Assembly (NCBI GenBank): GCA_963662545.2
Contig: CAXXLL010000003.1
Location: 1,696,001-1,760,000 of the forward strand
From: Gammaproteobacteria bacterium
Lineage (GTDB): Bacteria; Pseudomonadota; Gammaproteobacteria; Ga0077536
Direction: 5' to 3'
DNA length: 64,000 nt
Made by a program: the position numbers and the translations under genes. The notes below the pieces were generated by a model. That model was given only the letters and a program-made list of their open reading frames with translations, was not told where the DNA came from and searched no databases. Shown one piece after another: positions 31,829-42,023 of the stretch (positions within the stretch are counted from its first letter, which is position 1; the number at the start of each line of letters is the position of its first letter).

Positions 31829-33403
31829 TCAATGTCTGAAGTGGCGCTCGCCGGTGAAGACCATGGCGATGTCGTGCTCGTTGGCGGCCGCGATAACCTC
31901 GTCGTCGCGTATCGATCCGCCGGGTTGCACGACGGCGCGGATGCCCGCTTCGGCGGCGGCATCGATGCCGTCTCTGAACGGAAAGAACGCGTCGGATGCC
32001 ATCACCGCCCCGGTAAGCTCGAGTCGCTCGTCCGCTGCCTTGATTCCGGCGATGCGGGCGCTGTAGACGCGGCTCATCTGGCCCGCGCCGATCCCTATCG
32101 TGGCGCGAGCGTGAGCATAAACAATGGCGTTGGATTTCACACAGGCGACCACGCGCCAGGCGAAGATGAGGTCGCGTAATTCGTCCGCCGACGGTGCTCT
32201 GCGCGTCACCGGCTTGAGCGAACCCGTGACCGTCGCCTGGGCGGCGACGTCCCGATCCTGGATCAGCAGGCCGCCCATGACCCGCTTGTATTCGAGTTGT
32301 TGTAGAAGTTCGCGCGGCCATTCGCCGACCGCCAGCACCCGAACATTCTCCTTGGCGGCGAGTTTGGCCAGCGCCGTGTCTTCGATCGCCGGCGCTACGA
32401 TCACCTCGACGAACTGCCGTTCGAGAATCGCTTGCGCAACGGTGGCATTCAGCGGGCGGTTGAACGCAATGATGCCACCGTAGGCGGACGTCGGATCCGT
32501 TTTGTACGCCCGTTCGTAGGCGAGGGCGATGTTCTCTGCCTCGGCGACGCCACAGGGATTGGCGTGCTTGACGATGCAGCAGGCAGCATTGTGAAATGAT
32601 CGAACGCAATCGAGCGCGGCGTCCGTATCGGCGATGTTGTTGTATGAGAGTTCTTTACCCTGAAGCTGCTCGGCCGTGGCTAGCGTTCCGGGCGGAGCGT
32701 CTTTTTCAACGTAAAACGCCGCCTGCTGATGCGGGTTCTCACCGTATCGCAGCATCTGTTTTTTGGCGAAGCGCACGCTCAAGTGATCGGGAAACACGCC
32801 TTTCGAGGGCGCGGTATGCGACGACAGGTAGTCATTGATCGCATGGTCGTAATCGGCGGTGTGTCGAAATGCCTTGGTCGCGAGCCGCTGGCGCGTTTCT
32901 AGCGACACGGTACCGGCGGACGTAATCTCTCCCAAAACGGGCGCGTAGTCGCCCGGATCACACACGACCGTCACGAACCCATGATTTTTTGCCGCAGCAC
33001 GGATCAGGGTCGGGCCTCCGATATCGATGTTTTCGACCGCATCCTCGTGGGTAAATTTCGGCGTCATCACCGTCTTTTCGAAGGGATAAAGATTAACGAC
33101 GACGAGGTCTATCAATTCGATACCGTGCGCGTCCAGTACCCCGTCGTCGACATCCCGTCGCGCGAGAATTCCGCCGTGTATTTTGGGATGAAGCGTCTTG
33201 ACGCGGCCGTTCATGATCTCGGGGAAGCCCGTGTGCTCGGACACTTCCGTCACTTCGACGCCTGCTTTTCGAAGCACTTTCGCGGACCCTCCCGTCGACA
33301 GGATGTGGATACCGAGCCGGCTCAAACCGCGTCCCAGTTCTTCGAGACCCGTCTTGTCGGATACGCTGATGAGCGCGCGCGTGACCTTAGCCGAATTTGG
33401 CAT
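31829..33403 (-). CDS. purH: Bifunctional AICAR transformylase/IMP cyclohydrolase
   Basis: [40 protein letters not shown]. Confidence 0.98.
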   Translation of the reverse strand: MPNSAKVTRALISVSDKTGLEELGRGLSRLGIHILSTGGSAKVLRKAGVEVTEVSEHTGFPEIMNGRVKTLHPKIHGGILARRDVDDGVLDAHGIELIDLVVVNLYPFEKTVMTPKFTHEDAVENIDIGGPTLIRAAAKNHGFVTVVCDPGDYAPVLGEITSAGTVSLETRQRLATKAFRHTADYDHAINDYLSSHTAPSKGVFPDHLSVRFAKKQMLRYGENPHQQAAFYVEKDAPPGTLATAEQLQGKELSYNNIADTDAALDCVRSFHNAACCIVKHANPCGVAEAENIALAYERAYKTDPTSAYGGIIAFNRPLNATVAQAILERQFVEVIVAPAIEDTALAKLAAKENVRVLAVGEWPRELLQQLEYKRVMGGLLIQDRDVAAQATVTGSLKPVTRRAPSADELRDLIFAWRVVACVKSNAIVYAHARATIGIGAGQMSRVYSARIAGIKAADERLELTGAVMASDAFFPFRDGIDAAAEAGIRAVVQPGGSIRDDEVIAAANEHDIAMVFTGERHFRH

Positions 33404-33404
33404 G

Positions 33405-33570
33405 CCAGAACCTATTTCAAAATTTCCCGCGTGTGCGCCAGTGGTCAATTTTCCGCATTTCGGCGTTGCGCGTCGCTTGTTTGGCGTTACTAAACCACAC
33501 TCCTCGCGCTTTGATACGCTGTGAAAACCGCTGCCGGCGCACACGCATACGATTTTGAGGGGAGCTCTAT
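33405..33570. repeat. MITE-like element, family C (short degenerate copy)
   Basis: Ends AGAACCTATTTCAAAATT / TTTTGAGGGGAGCTCTA and internal sequence homologous to 53345-53606. Confidence 0.75.
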
Positions 33571-33579
33571 TTGTTATTT

Positions 33580-34964
33580 GGGTCTACGCGGATTCATGTG
33601 GGTAAATTCTGAATTAGACCAAGTGTAAACCATTGAAATCATGTAGACATTCAGAGATTTCGTATGGGGTGAAAGTGGTTTCATTTTGTGGGTAGGCTAA
33701 GGCCATGAAGAATCCCAAGTCGATCCGAGCGCTGTTTGCGTTCCCTGGTTTTACCGCCGCATCGAAATTGGTGGGCATGTTTGGTGATCGGTATGCCCGT
33801 GTGATCCAACTCAAGAGGCGAAAAAAACAGCGATCTGTTCTCACTGTGCTCACCGGTGCCGCGGGCGTTACGACAAGAAGGTGCTGCGAGTACGAGACCT
33901 GTCAGTTGCCGGATGGCGAATCTACCTGGAGTTCGAACGCTGGCGTGTCAGTTGCCGGAGGTGCGGCGGCGTGCAGGTAGAACATCTTGACTGGCTGGCA
34001 AAGAACCCTCGCTATACGCAGCGCTTTGCCATGCAGGTGGGCAAGCTGTGCCGGGACATGCCGAACCAGGCTGTCGCCGAGAGGGAACGCCTGCACCACA
34101 GCACGGTGAAAGACCTCGATAAGCTGTACATGCAAAAGCAGGTTGAGCTGGCGGGCATGCCAGCACCCCGGGCCATCGGTATTGATGAGATCTCCATCCG
34201 CAAAGGACATAACTACCGGGTCATCGTCAGTGACCTGGATCGGGGGCGTCCTATCTGGGTCGGTGGTGAAGGTCGCAAAGAGGCTGACATCGACCTGTTT
34301 TTCCAGGCATTGGGCGAGAACAAGAGCGCTCGCATCGAACTGGCGGCGATGGACATGTGGAAGCCGTTCCGTAACTCGGTCATGAACAACGCACCGCAGG
34401 CGCGGATCATCTATGACAAGTTCCATATCATGCGCCACCTCTCAAAGGCTCTCGATGAAGTCCGGCGCCGTGAATACAAACGTCTCCGCGGCAAGGACAG
34501 GAGTTACATCAAAGGCCAGCGATATACCTTGCTCTCGCGACGCGAGAACCTGAATCTGGATGGCAGACGAGCCCTGAAAAAACTGCTCCAGGCCAACCGG
34601 CGTCTGAACACCGCCTACGTCCTCAAGGAAACCTTCGGCCAACTCTGGGACTACCGTACCGAGCGCGGCGCGCGTGCCTTTTTCGAGCGCTGGAAGGACA
34701 GTCTGAAATGGCAGCGATTGGCGCCGTATCGCAAGTTTGCTGAGCTGATTGAATCCCATTGGGATGGCATTGCTTCCTATTGTGATGCTAAGAATAAAGT
34801 CAGTCTTGGATTGGTCGAAGGGGTCAACAACAAAATCCGGGTCCTGCAACGACGCGCCTATGGCTATCGTGATGAGGAATTCCTCAAACTGAAAATCATT
34901 GCGGCATTTCTTCCGCCACTACCCAGAAATGCCAATATCAACCCACACGTTTCCGCGTAGACCC
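33580..34964 (+). mobile_element. ISL3-family insertion sequence inserted in the 3' end of fis
   Basis: IRs GGGTCTACGCGGA...GTGGG at both ends; 8-bp TSD TGTTATTT at 33572-33579 and 34965-34972. Confidence 0.94.
33705..34960 (+). CDS. ISL3 transposase, split by a -1 frameshift at A7 (33821-33827)
   Basis: CGA AAA AAA C; the -1 frame continues TAICSHC...RVRDL...CRRC (zinc finger), GIDE, MDMW, YDKFH, EGVNNKIR. Confidence 0.88.
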
Positions 34965-35226
34965 TGTTATTTAAACCGTACTTGTGGAGCTTTTTGCGGA
35001 GCGTTGCGCGATTTATCCCGAGAACCTGTGCTGCTTTGGAAATATTTCCGCCGGTCTCGCGCATGACTATTTCGAGCAGTGGCTGCTCTACCTGTCGAAC
35101 GACAAGCTCATAGAGTTCCGCCGCCGGCTGGCCGTTCAGATCGTCGAAATACCGCTCGAGCGAATGCTTGACCAGCGTGGTGAGCGGCTGCTCGGCTTTT
35201 AGATTGCTTGCACGCGAGGTGCTCAT
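34864..35226 (-). CDS. fis: Fis with a 33-aa IS-derived C-terminal extension
   Basis: LYELVVRQVEQPLL...GNISKAAQVLGINRATLRKKL; dusB-fis-purH order. Confidence 0.92.
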   Translation of the reverse strand: MSTSRASNLKAEQPLTTLVKHSLERYFDDLNGQPAAELYELVVRQVEQPLLEIVMRETGGNISKAAQVLGINRATLRKKLHKYGLNNRVYAETCGLILAFLGSGGRNAAMIFSLRNSSSR

Positions 35227-36200
35227 GCCGCACGGTCCAACACCGAGGTTTCCTGTAGTGATTCGACGTATTCGAGCTGCGCCAGCGGGTCGTCAATTCG
35301 ATTGAAAGCTCCTCTAAGAACACGCGCCGCCGGGAAGGCGTCCAAATACCAGCCCACGTGTTTCCGCGCGATCCGTACACCGGCAATGTCTCCGTAATGT
35401 CCATGCAGCGAACTTACATGCGCATGCATGAGATCGAGGCGTTCGCGTCTTGTCGGTGGTGACACGGACTTCCCCGCCAGCGCGGCTTTGATCCGTTGGA
35501 ACAGCCACGGATCGCCCTGCGCCGCTCTCCCCACCATAAGGCCGTCAGCACCGGTCAGTTTCATTACGGCCATCGCATCCCCAGGTGTTCGGATGTCGCC
35601 GTTGGCAATCACCGGAATTACGAGCTGCCCCTTGATCGTCGCGATAGTGTCGTACTCGGCCGCACCGCGGAAGGCGCACGCGCGCGTACGGCCATGCACG
35701 GTGATCGCGCTGACACCGCAGTCTTCGGCGATCTTAGCGATTGTCGGACCATTCCGGTGTTCGGTGTCCCAGCCCGTTCTCATCTTCAAGCTCACCGGAA
35801 TGCTGACCGCCCGGCACACGGCGGTGAGGATCTGCCTGACCAGCGCTTCGTCGCGCATCAAGGCCGAACCCGCTGCCTTGTTGCAGACCTTTTTCGCAGG
35901 ACAACCCATATTGACGTCGATTATATCGGCGCCGAGGGCTTCGCAATGTCTTGCCGCCGCCGCCATTACATCGGTTTCGGCGCCAGCGATCTGAATGACC
36001 GTGGGTCCGGTCTCACCGGCCAAATCGAGGCGCTTTCGCGTCTTGTTCGTGTTCCATAGATGGGGCTTGGTGCTGACCATTTCCGTTATCGCATAGTCGG
36101 CGCCGAAGCTGCGGCACAAGGATCTGAACGGCCGATCGCTGATACCGGCCATAGGCGCCAGGATGAGGGCGTGTTCAAATTCGTGCGGCCCAATTTTCAT
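35223..36200 (-). CDS. dusB: tRNA-dihydrouridine synthase B
   Basis: LAPMAGISD, DVNMGCPAKKV, VHGRTR, IANGDI. Confidence 0.96.
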   Translation of the reverse strand: MKIGPHEFEHALILAPMAGISDRPFRSLCRSFGADYAITEMVSTKPHLWNTNKTRKRLDLAGETGPTVIQIAGAETDVMAAAARHCEALGADIIDVNMGCPAKKVCNKAAGSALMRDEALVRQILTAVCRAVSIPVSLKMRTGWDTEHRNGPTIAKIAEDCGVSAITVHGRTRACAFRGAAEYDTIATIKGQLVIPVIANGDIRTPGDAMAVMKLTGADGLMVGRAAQGDPWLFQRIKAALAGKSVSPPTRRERLDLMHAHVSSLHGHYGDIAGVRIARKHVGWYLDAFPAARVLRGAFNRIDDPLAQLEYVESLQETSVLDRAA

Positions 36201-36423
36201 ATTTGTTTAAGCCGTATTCATCGCTGTCATTGATCGTATCGCGTGCTTACCACGCCGTAGTTCGAGCTACGGCGGACGGAATGCAGGCCGCCGGCCGGCC
36301 GGTAGATCAGCAAATTCTCGAAATAGTTCCCGCGGGCGCGCTCGCCTGGGGTCCTCCGTCGCGAGGGAATGATGATAGCCAGAATGAGCGTGTCGAGAAA
36401 GGCCTCCTAGGAGCCGCTCACAA

Positions 36424-37626
36424 TCACAGGAACCTGAACTCGAAACTGACGGCGGCGTGCGCATCACCACCGAGTTCCATCACGATAGTGACCGGCCTGT
36501 CCGGAGGCATGCCCTCCTCGATCGCAATGCTCCCGTCCAGGTACTCACTCGGCTGGAAGAGCCGAGCACCGAGGATCTTGCCGGTGGCGTCGTGCAAGCT
36601 GAGTTCTATAACGGGAAACGGTGCTGCATCGGGTGCTGCATTGACTATGGTTGCGTTGACGAGTAACGCATCTCGGTATTGGGGGTGTTCACGCACGTCG
36701 CGAGCAAGCAAGCGCAAGGACTCCGCATCACGCCTTTTCCCGTCGCTGCAGCCAATGGCATGACAAATGTTGTCGATGACCGGTGCGGCGGCTGGGAGGG
36801 TCGCCATGACCCAGTCGCGATAGATCCAAGCTATTTGACTCGCAGCGGCCGTAAACATTATGACGGCGAGAGCACCCCATAAAAATCGGGTCAATTCAGG
36901 GCGTGCCCGGCGACCCGCAAGTGCATCGAGATCGGATTGCAAAACGGCAGGAGGGGCGGTGTTATCGCTAAGGTAATCGGGCACTGTATCGTGGCCCTCG
37001 TCGCCCTCCTCGCCCTCGCCTGGCCTCGTAAAGAGAATGGCATGATCATCAGCGCTCATGGATGCTTCGGGCAGCGCGTCTGCGGCTTCATCGTCCACTG
37101 GCAATAAGCGCCCGCTACGTTCGTCCGCATCCGTCTCCAGCTCCACGCCTGGGGCGGCTTCGAGAGCTTCTGCGGATACGCGGGGCGAGTCGCCGGAACC
37201 AGGGGCGGGTTTTCCGATCACCTCCTCAAGCACCTCGCCATTCGCAGCGAGGAGTTCTTCGAACTCCGCTATATCCAACTCGGGATCCGGCGCATCGGCC
37301 GCAGCGACGGTGGACCCCTCCGCGGATGCGCCGTTCCAAGCCGCGTCCGATTTTTCTTTCAGTGGTGGTTTAGAGTCCGTCTTCGACGGGTCGGTAGGGG
37401 GGGGTGCGACGGTTTCGACCGCCGATGTTTGAGCGACGGCGGGTGCTGCGGTTTCCGTGAGCCACGCGTTTTGCAGCGCGTCCGGTGAACTCGCTTCTTC
37501 GATCAGCGTAGTCAGTGCATTGAAGACGGCATCACATTCTCCGCAGGTCACCAACCCGTTCGCCTCGCGTAGGTGTTCGGCGGTCACGCGAAACCAGGCA
37601 TGGCATTGCGGACATCGGGTAATCAC
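36424..37626 (-). CDS. Zinc-ribbon and DUF3426 domain protein
   Basis: TRCPQCHAWFRV...VTCGECDAVF, acidic linker, TM helix; prmA-dusB context. Confidence 0.88.
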   Translation of the reverse strand: MITRCPQCHAWFRVTAEHLREANGLVTCGECDAVFNALTTLIEEASSPDALQNAWLTETAAPAVAQTSAVETVAPPPTDPSKTDSKPPLKEKSDAAWNGASAEGSTVAAADAPDPELDIAEFEELLAANGEVLEEVIGKPAPGSGDSPRVSAEALEAAPGVELETDADERSGRLLPVDDEAADALPEASMSADDHAILFTRPGEGEEGDEGHDTVPDYLSDNTAPPAVLQSDLDALAGRRARPELTRFLWGALAVIMFTAAASQIAWIYRDWVMATLPAAAPVIDNICHAIGCSDGKRRDAESLRLLARDVREHPQYRDALLVNATIVNAAPDAAPFPVIELSLHDATGKILGARLFQPSEYLDGSIAIEEGMPPDRPVTIVMELGGDAHAAVSFEFRFL

Positions 37627-37659
37627 GTGTCCATTTTCGCCCGTTTCAAAGTTTTGAGC

Positions 37660-38541
37660 TCAACACCGCCGCCCTGACAACAACACCCATTCTCCGCGCC
37701 GCACGGGCGTGCCCATGTTAAACCGCCGTGAATATACCTCCAACACGGGCTCGATCTGGGTCACCAGCAGTCCGGACAGGACCAGCCAACCACCGGGTGT
37801 GAGCAATTCCTGAAATCGCGAAGCCAGGGTCAGCAACGGTTCGAGCAAGATGTTCGCGACGATGATGTCGGCGCTCGCAGCGTCGAGTAATTCCGGACGT
37901 CCGGTTCGAACGTGATCTCCCAAGCTGTTGACACGGGCGTTGTCACGCGTGACATCAAGAGCTTCGTCGTCAATATCGATGGCGAAGGTCGTCGCGGCGC
38001 CCAGGCGCGCCGCCGCCAGCGCGAGGATCCCCGATCCACACCCGTAATCGACCACAGCCTTGCCAGGGACCTCGCCGCTCGCTGCCAGCCAGTCAAGGCA
38101 CAAGGCCGTCGTTTCGTGCGTGCCGGTGCCAAAGGCACGGCCGGGATCAAGGAACACGACGTGGCTTGCTGAAGGAGGTGGAACACACCATGTTGGGCAA
38201 ACGCATAGGCCACCGGCGAATAGCTGCGGTTGCCAGTGTTCCTTCCAACTGTGCTCCCAGGCACGGTCTTCGAATTCGAACACCTCGACGGGGGTGCCAG
38301 GCGGAAGGCGCTCGCGCACAGATGCCACGACGGGATCGAGATCCTTTCCGGACTCAAACTGCGCGCGAATTTCGAGGTGTTCCCAGCGATCGGGGTCATG
38401 GGTTCCGGACTCTTCCAACAGAGAACTATCACCCTCCGTAAGAGTAATCGATGCGGCACCCGCAGCCTTCAGCACTGCCTCTAAATCTGCCCGGGCGCCG
38501 GCGTCGATACAGCAGCGCAATTCGATCCAGCTAGCCTGCAT
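37660..38541 (-). CDS. prmA: Ribosomal protein L11 methyltransferase
   Basis: LDPGRAFGTGTHETT, DYGCGSGILA, VANIL. Confidence 0.95.
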   Translation of the reverse strand: MQASWIELRCCIDAGARADLEAVLKAAGAASITLTEGDSSLLEESGTHDPDRWEHLEIRAQFESGKDLDPVVASVRERLPPGTPVEVFEFEDRAWEHSWKEHWQPQLFAGGLCVCPTWCVPPPSASHVVFLDPGRAFGTGTHETTALCLDWLAASGEVPGKAVVDYGCGSGILALAAARLGAATTFAIDIDDEALDVTRDNARVNSLGDHVRTGRPELLDAASADIIVANILLEPLLTLASRFQELLTPGGWLVLSGLLVTQIEPVLEVYSRRFNMGTPVRRGEWVLLSGRRC

Positions 38542-38551
38542 GCAAAGCAAC

Positions 38552-39895
38552 TCACGTAAGTCCGATTTTGCGCTCGAGGTAATGTATGTCCGTGCCCCCG
38601 GCGCCGAAGGCGGCATCGGTGATGAGGTCATGGTGCAGCGGTATATTGGTTTCGATGCCGTCGATGACCATTTCGGTCAAGGCGTTTTCCATCCGGGCCA
38701 ACGCCGCGACGCGCGTGTCTGCGTGACAGATCACTTTGCCGATCAGGGAGTCGTAAAAGGGCGGCACTTCGTATCCCGCGTAGATATGGGAGTCGACGCG
38801 CACGCCGGGTCCTCCCGGCGGATGATAGACCGAGATTTGGCCCGGCGATGGCCTGAAATTTTCGGGGTTTTCCGCGTTGATGCGGCACTCTACGGCGTGG
38901 CCCGAAAAGGTGATGTCTTCCTGGCTGAGCGACAGCGGTTCTCCCGCTGCGACCAGGAGTTGCTGCTTGACCAGATCGACCCCGGTGATCATTTCCGTGA
39001 CCGGATGTTCGACTTGAATCCGCGTATTCATTTCGATGAAATAGAACTCACCGTTTTCGTATAAAAATTCGAATGTCCCCGCGCCGCTGTAACCGATCTG
39101 CCGGGACGCTTCGGCGCAGCGTTCCCCCATCGCCTTTCGCAGGTCTTCGTCAATTCCCGGAGCGGGCGCTTCTTCGATGATTTTCTGGTAGCGGCGCTGC
39201 ATCGAACAGTCGCGATCGCCCAGGTGAATAGCGTTGCCGTGGCTGTCCGCGAGGATCTGGAACTCAACATGGCGCGGATGTTCGAGAAATTTTTCAAGAT
39301 ACACACTGTCATCACTAAAAGCGCTCGCAGCTTCGCGCCGGGCAAGGCCGATTGCGTTTCTCAGTGACGGCTCGCCGTGGACCACCCGCATACCTCGTCC
39401 ACCACCGCCGCCCGCGGCCTTGATGATGACCGGATACCCGGTCTCGCGCGCCAGCGCAGCGTTTTCCTTAGCATCATCGCCAAGCGGCTTGCCCGACCCC
39501 GGGACGCAGGGAATTCCCGCTTTTCGCATCGCTTGAATGGCCGACAGTTTGTTGCCCATCAGACGCATCGTGTCGGCGCGCGGTCCAATGAACACGAAAC
39601 CGCTCTTTTCGAGTCGCTCGGCAAAATCAGCGTTTTCCGAAAGAAAGCCGTAACCAGGGTGAATCGCGACGGCATCAACGAGTTCGGCAGCTGCAATGAC
39701 GGCCGGTATGTTCAGGTAACTTTCGCTCGGCGGCGGCGGACCGATGCAGACCGATTCGTCCGCGAGGCGCACGTGTTTGAGGTCGCGATCGGCGGAGGAG
39801 TGAACGGCCACCGTTCTGATACCAAGGTCGCGGCAGGCCCTCAAAACGCGCAGCGCGATTTCGCCGCGATTGGCAATGACAACTTTATCGAACAT
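38552..39895 (-). CDS. accC: Biotin carboxylase
   Basis: [32 protein letters not shown]. Confidence 0.97.
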   Translation of the reverse strand: MFDKVVIANRGEIALRVLRACRDLGIRTVAVHSSADRDLKHVRLADESVCIGPPPPSESYLNIPAVIAAAELVDAVAIHPGYGFLSENADFAERLEKSGFVFIGPRADTMRLMGNKLSAIQAMRKAGIPCVPGSGKPLGDDAKENAALARETGYPVIIKAAGGGGGRGMRVVHGEPSLRNAIGLARREAASAFSDDSVYLEKFLEHPRHVEFQILADSHGNAIHLGDRDCSMQRRYQKIIEEAPAPGIDEDLRKAMGERCAEASRQIGYSGAGTFEFLYENGEFYFIEMNTRIQVEHPVTEMITGVDLVKQQLLVAAGEPLSLSQEDITFSGHAVECRINAENPENFRPSPGQISVYHPPGGPGVRVDSHIYAGYEVPPFYDSLIGKVICHADTRVAALARMENALTEMVIDGIETNIPLHHDLITDAAFGAGGTDIHYLERKIGLT

Positions 39896-40164
39896 GCCGC
39901 GTGTCTTCGTCTGAATAGTGTCCATCCAAAAACATCAATATTTTTCTCGCTAAAACGCAGAACCAACAGGACAGCATTTAAGTATGAATTTAATAACGAT
40001 CACTTCCCCCATTGCGATCTTTATGCCTTGGCGAAAGTTGCTTTTTATGGGCGGCCAATAATTAGCCGTTGCGAATTACTACACAGATTTCGAATCGCCC
40101 GCTTGCAGGCCCGAGATGCGTATCGGTACAGACAACAAAGCGTCGTGTTAATCCGAACACCTAT

Positions 40165-40326
40165 CTAGTGTGCTGTCCCGTGAGAAACTTTCATAATTCG
40201 CTGGTCTTTTTTGCCCCCAGCCGCGCTCCTCCTTGTGTAGAGCCCACTACACGGCGTCATCGCGCCTTGCCAGCGACAAAAAATCCGGCGCGACTTACGC
40301 AACTTTTTCACGGGACAGCACACTAG
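40165..40326. repeat. MITE-like element, family B (copy 2, 162 bp)
   Basis: IR CTAGTGTGCTGTCCCGTGA / TCACGGGACAGCACACTAG; same length and internal sequence as 29610-29771. Confidence 0.88.
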
Positions 40327-40378
40327 AACTTACCTATAAACTATTCACGTACGCGAAATAATTATTTATGGATTCTAG

Positions 40379-40825
40379 TCACTGGTTAATCATGAACAGA
40401 GATTGGTCATATTCGACCGGCTGTCCGTTTTCTGCGAGGATCGCCGCGATCGTTCCCGCGCTTTCGGCCTCGATGGGGTTCATGATCTTCATCGCCTCAA
40501 TGATGCAAAGTGTGTCTCCGACCTTCACAGATTGTCCGATTTTAACGAAGGGTTGCATGTCCGGCGAAGCCGCTGTGTAGAAAGTCCCGACCATTGGAGA
40601 CTTGATGACATGCCCTGGGTCTACCGGGGCGGATAGGTCGGATGGAGCGCTAGCGGGAGCCGGTACGGTCTCCACCGTCTGCTGCACGGGTGGCGCGGCA
40701 CCGGGCACTGTGAGCGGGTAGCCCCGGCTGATACGTACTGATTCCTCACCCTCGCTGATTTCGATTTCCGCGATCCCTGATTCATTGAGAAGTTCGATCA
40801 GCTTTTTGATTTTTCTAATGTCCAC
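40379..40825 (-). CDS. accB: Biotin carboxyl carrier protein
   Basis: [24 protein letters not shown] biotinylation motif. Confidence 0.97.
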   Translation of the reverse strand: MDIRKIKKLIELLNESGIAEIEISEGEESVRISRGYPLTVPGAAPPVQQTVETVPAPASAPSDLSAPVDPGHVIKSPMVGTFYTAASPDMQPFVKIGQSVKVGDTLCIIEAMKIMNPIEAESAGTIAAILAENGQPVEYDQSLFMINQ

Positions 40826-40900
40826 CTGTCCCCCCGGCGAGCCTATCAGGCCGTCTCTTAATAGGTGATAGCGATTCAAACAACGATAGGAAATCGTTCT

Positions 40901-41350
40901 TCATCTTCTTGATAGACATTCAACCGCCGCCTCGATCGCGAGCTCGTAACCGATGGGACCTAACCCGGTGATGACGCCAAGGGCGATATCCGATAGATAC
41001 GATTCCTTACGGAATGTCTCGCGCGCATGAATATTGGAGATGTGGACCTCGACGAACGGAATTGAGACGCCGAGAAACGCGTCGCGCAACGCCACGCTCG
41101 TGTGGGTATAGGCGCCGGGATTGATGATGACGAGATCCGTTTCATCGGTACCCGCCCGATGGATGCGTTCGATGAGGTCGGCCTCGGCGTTACTCTGGAA
41201 ACAGGCCAGTTCATGGCCTTCTCCCGCGGCTTTATCGACGAGACGCCGCTCGAGATCGCTGAGGCTTAGTGCGCCATACAGATCGGTTTCCCGCTGCCCT
41301 AGAAGATTGAGGTTTGGCCCATTGATCACGAGCAGTTTTGCCAATCCCAA
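40901..41350 (-). CDS. aroQ: Type II 3-dehydroquinate dehydratase
   Basis: NGPNLNLLG, NPGAYTHTSVALRDA, EVHISN. Confidence 0.96.
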   Translation of the reverse strand: MGLAKLLVINGPNLNLLGQRETDLYGALSLSDLERRLVDKAAGEGHELACFQSNAEADLIERIHRAGTDETDLVIINPGAYTHTSVALRDAFLGVSIPFVEVHISNIHARETFRKESYLSDIALGVITGLGPIGYELAIEAAVECLSRR

Positions 41351-41459
41351 GCTCCCTTGGACACGGGTTCGACGAAAGGCTGTAAATTAGCACGATTTAG
41401 CGGAAGTTACAAGCAGGATTGGCGATTTTCACGCCAGATCGATGCATAATATCGAAAAG

Positions 41460-42023
41460 TTAATCAGCGGAAAGAAACGCAATCAAGGCATTTTCGGCCG
41501 CTTCCGCCGGCCATTCTCCCTGATGCGTCAAAAGCACTGCCCCGTCCGCGCCGATGACTGCAGTGTAGGGCAGGCCCCCGATGCTGTTGCCGAGTGACTG
41601 CATGAAACGCACCACGTCATCTTCGCCGATCAACACCGGGTAGTTCATCGCCTGGTCGGTGACAAATGGCGCGACGGCCTCGCTCTGATCGAGCGCGATC
41701 CCGACGAACTGCAGACCGCGATCTCCATACCGCGTCTGTAGGTCGATGAACGTTGGGATCTCCCGCAGGCACGGCGAACACCAGGTCGCCCAGAAATTGA
41801 CCACCAGCAGGCGGCCGCGCCAGCGCTCGAGCGGGATCCGCTCGCCGTGCAGATCCGTAAACGACCAGTCGAACGGCATTGCCGCGGCGCCCGCGGCTAT
41901 CACTGTGGCCGTCGGCTCCGGTGTCGCCGAGGCCGTTCGGCTCAGGTATTGGTGCGTGACGTAACCGCTGCTTCCCGCGAGCAGCGCGAGCGCCACGAGC
42001 GCAATGTGAAACGGTCTGATCAC
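41460..42023 (-). CDS. TlpA-family thiol-disulfide oxidoreductase
   Basis: VNFWATWCSPCLREIP. Confidence 0.93.
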   Translation of the reverse strand: MIRPFHIALVALALLAGSSGYVTHQYLSRTASATPEPTATVIAAGAAAMPFDWSFTDLHGERIPLERWRGRLLVVNFWATWCSPCLREIPTFIDLQTRYGDRGLQFVGIALDQSEAVAPFVTDQAMNYPVLIGEDDVVRFMQSLGNSIGGLPYTAVIGADGAVLLTHQGEWPAEAAENALIAFLSAD

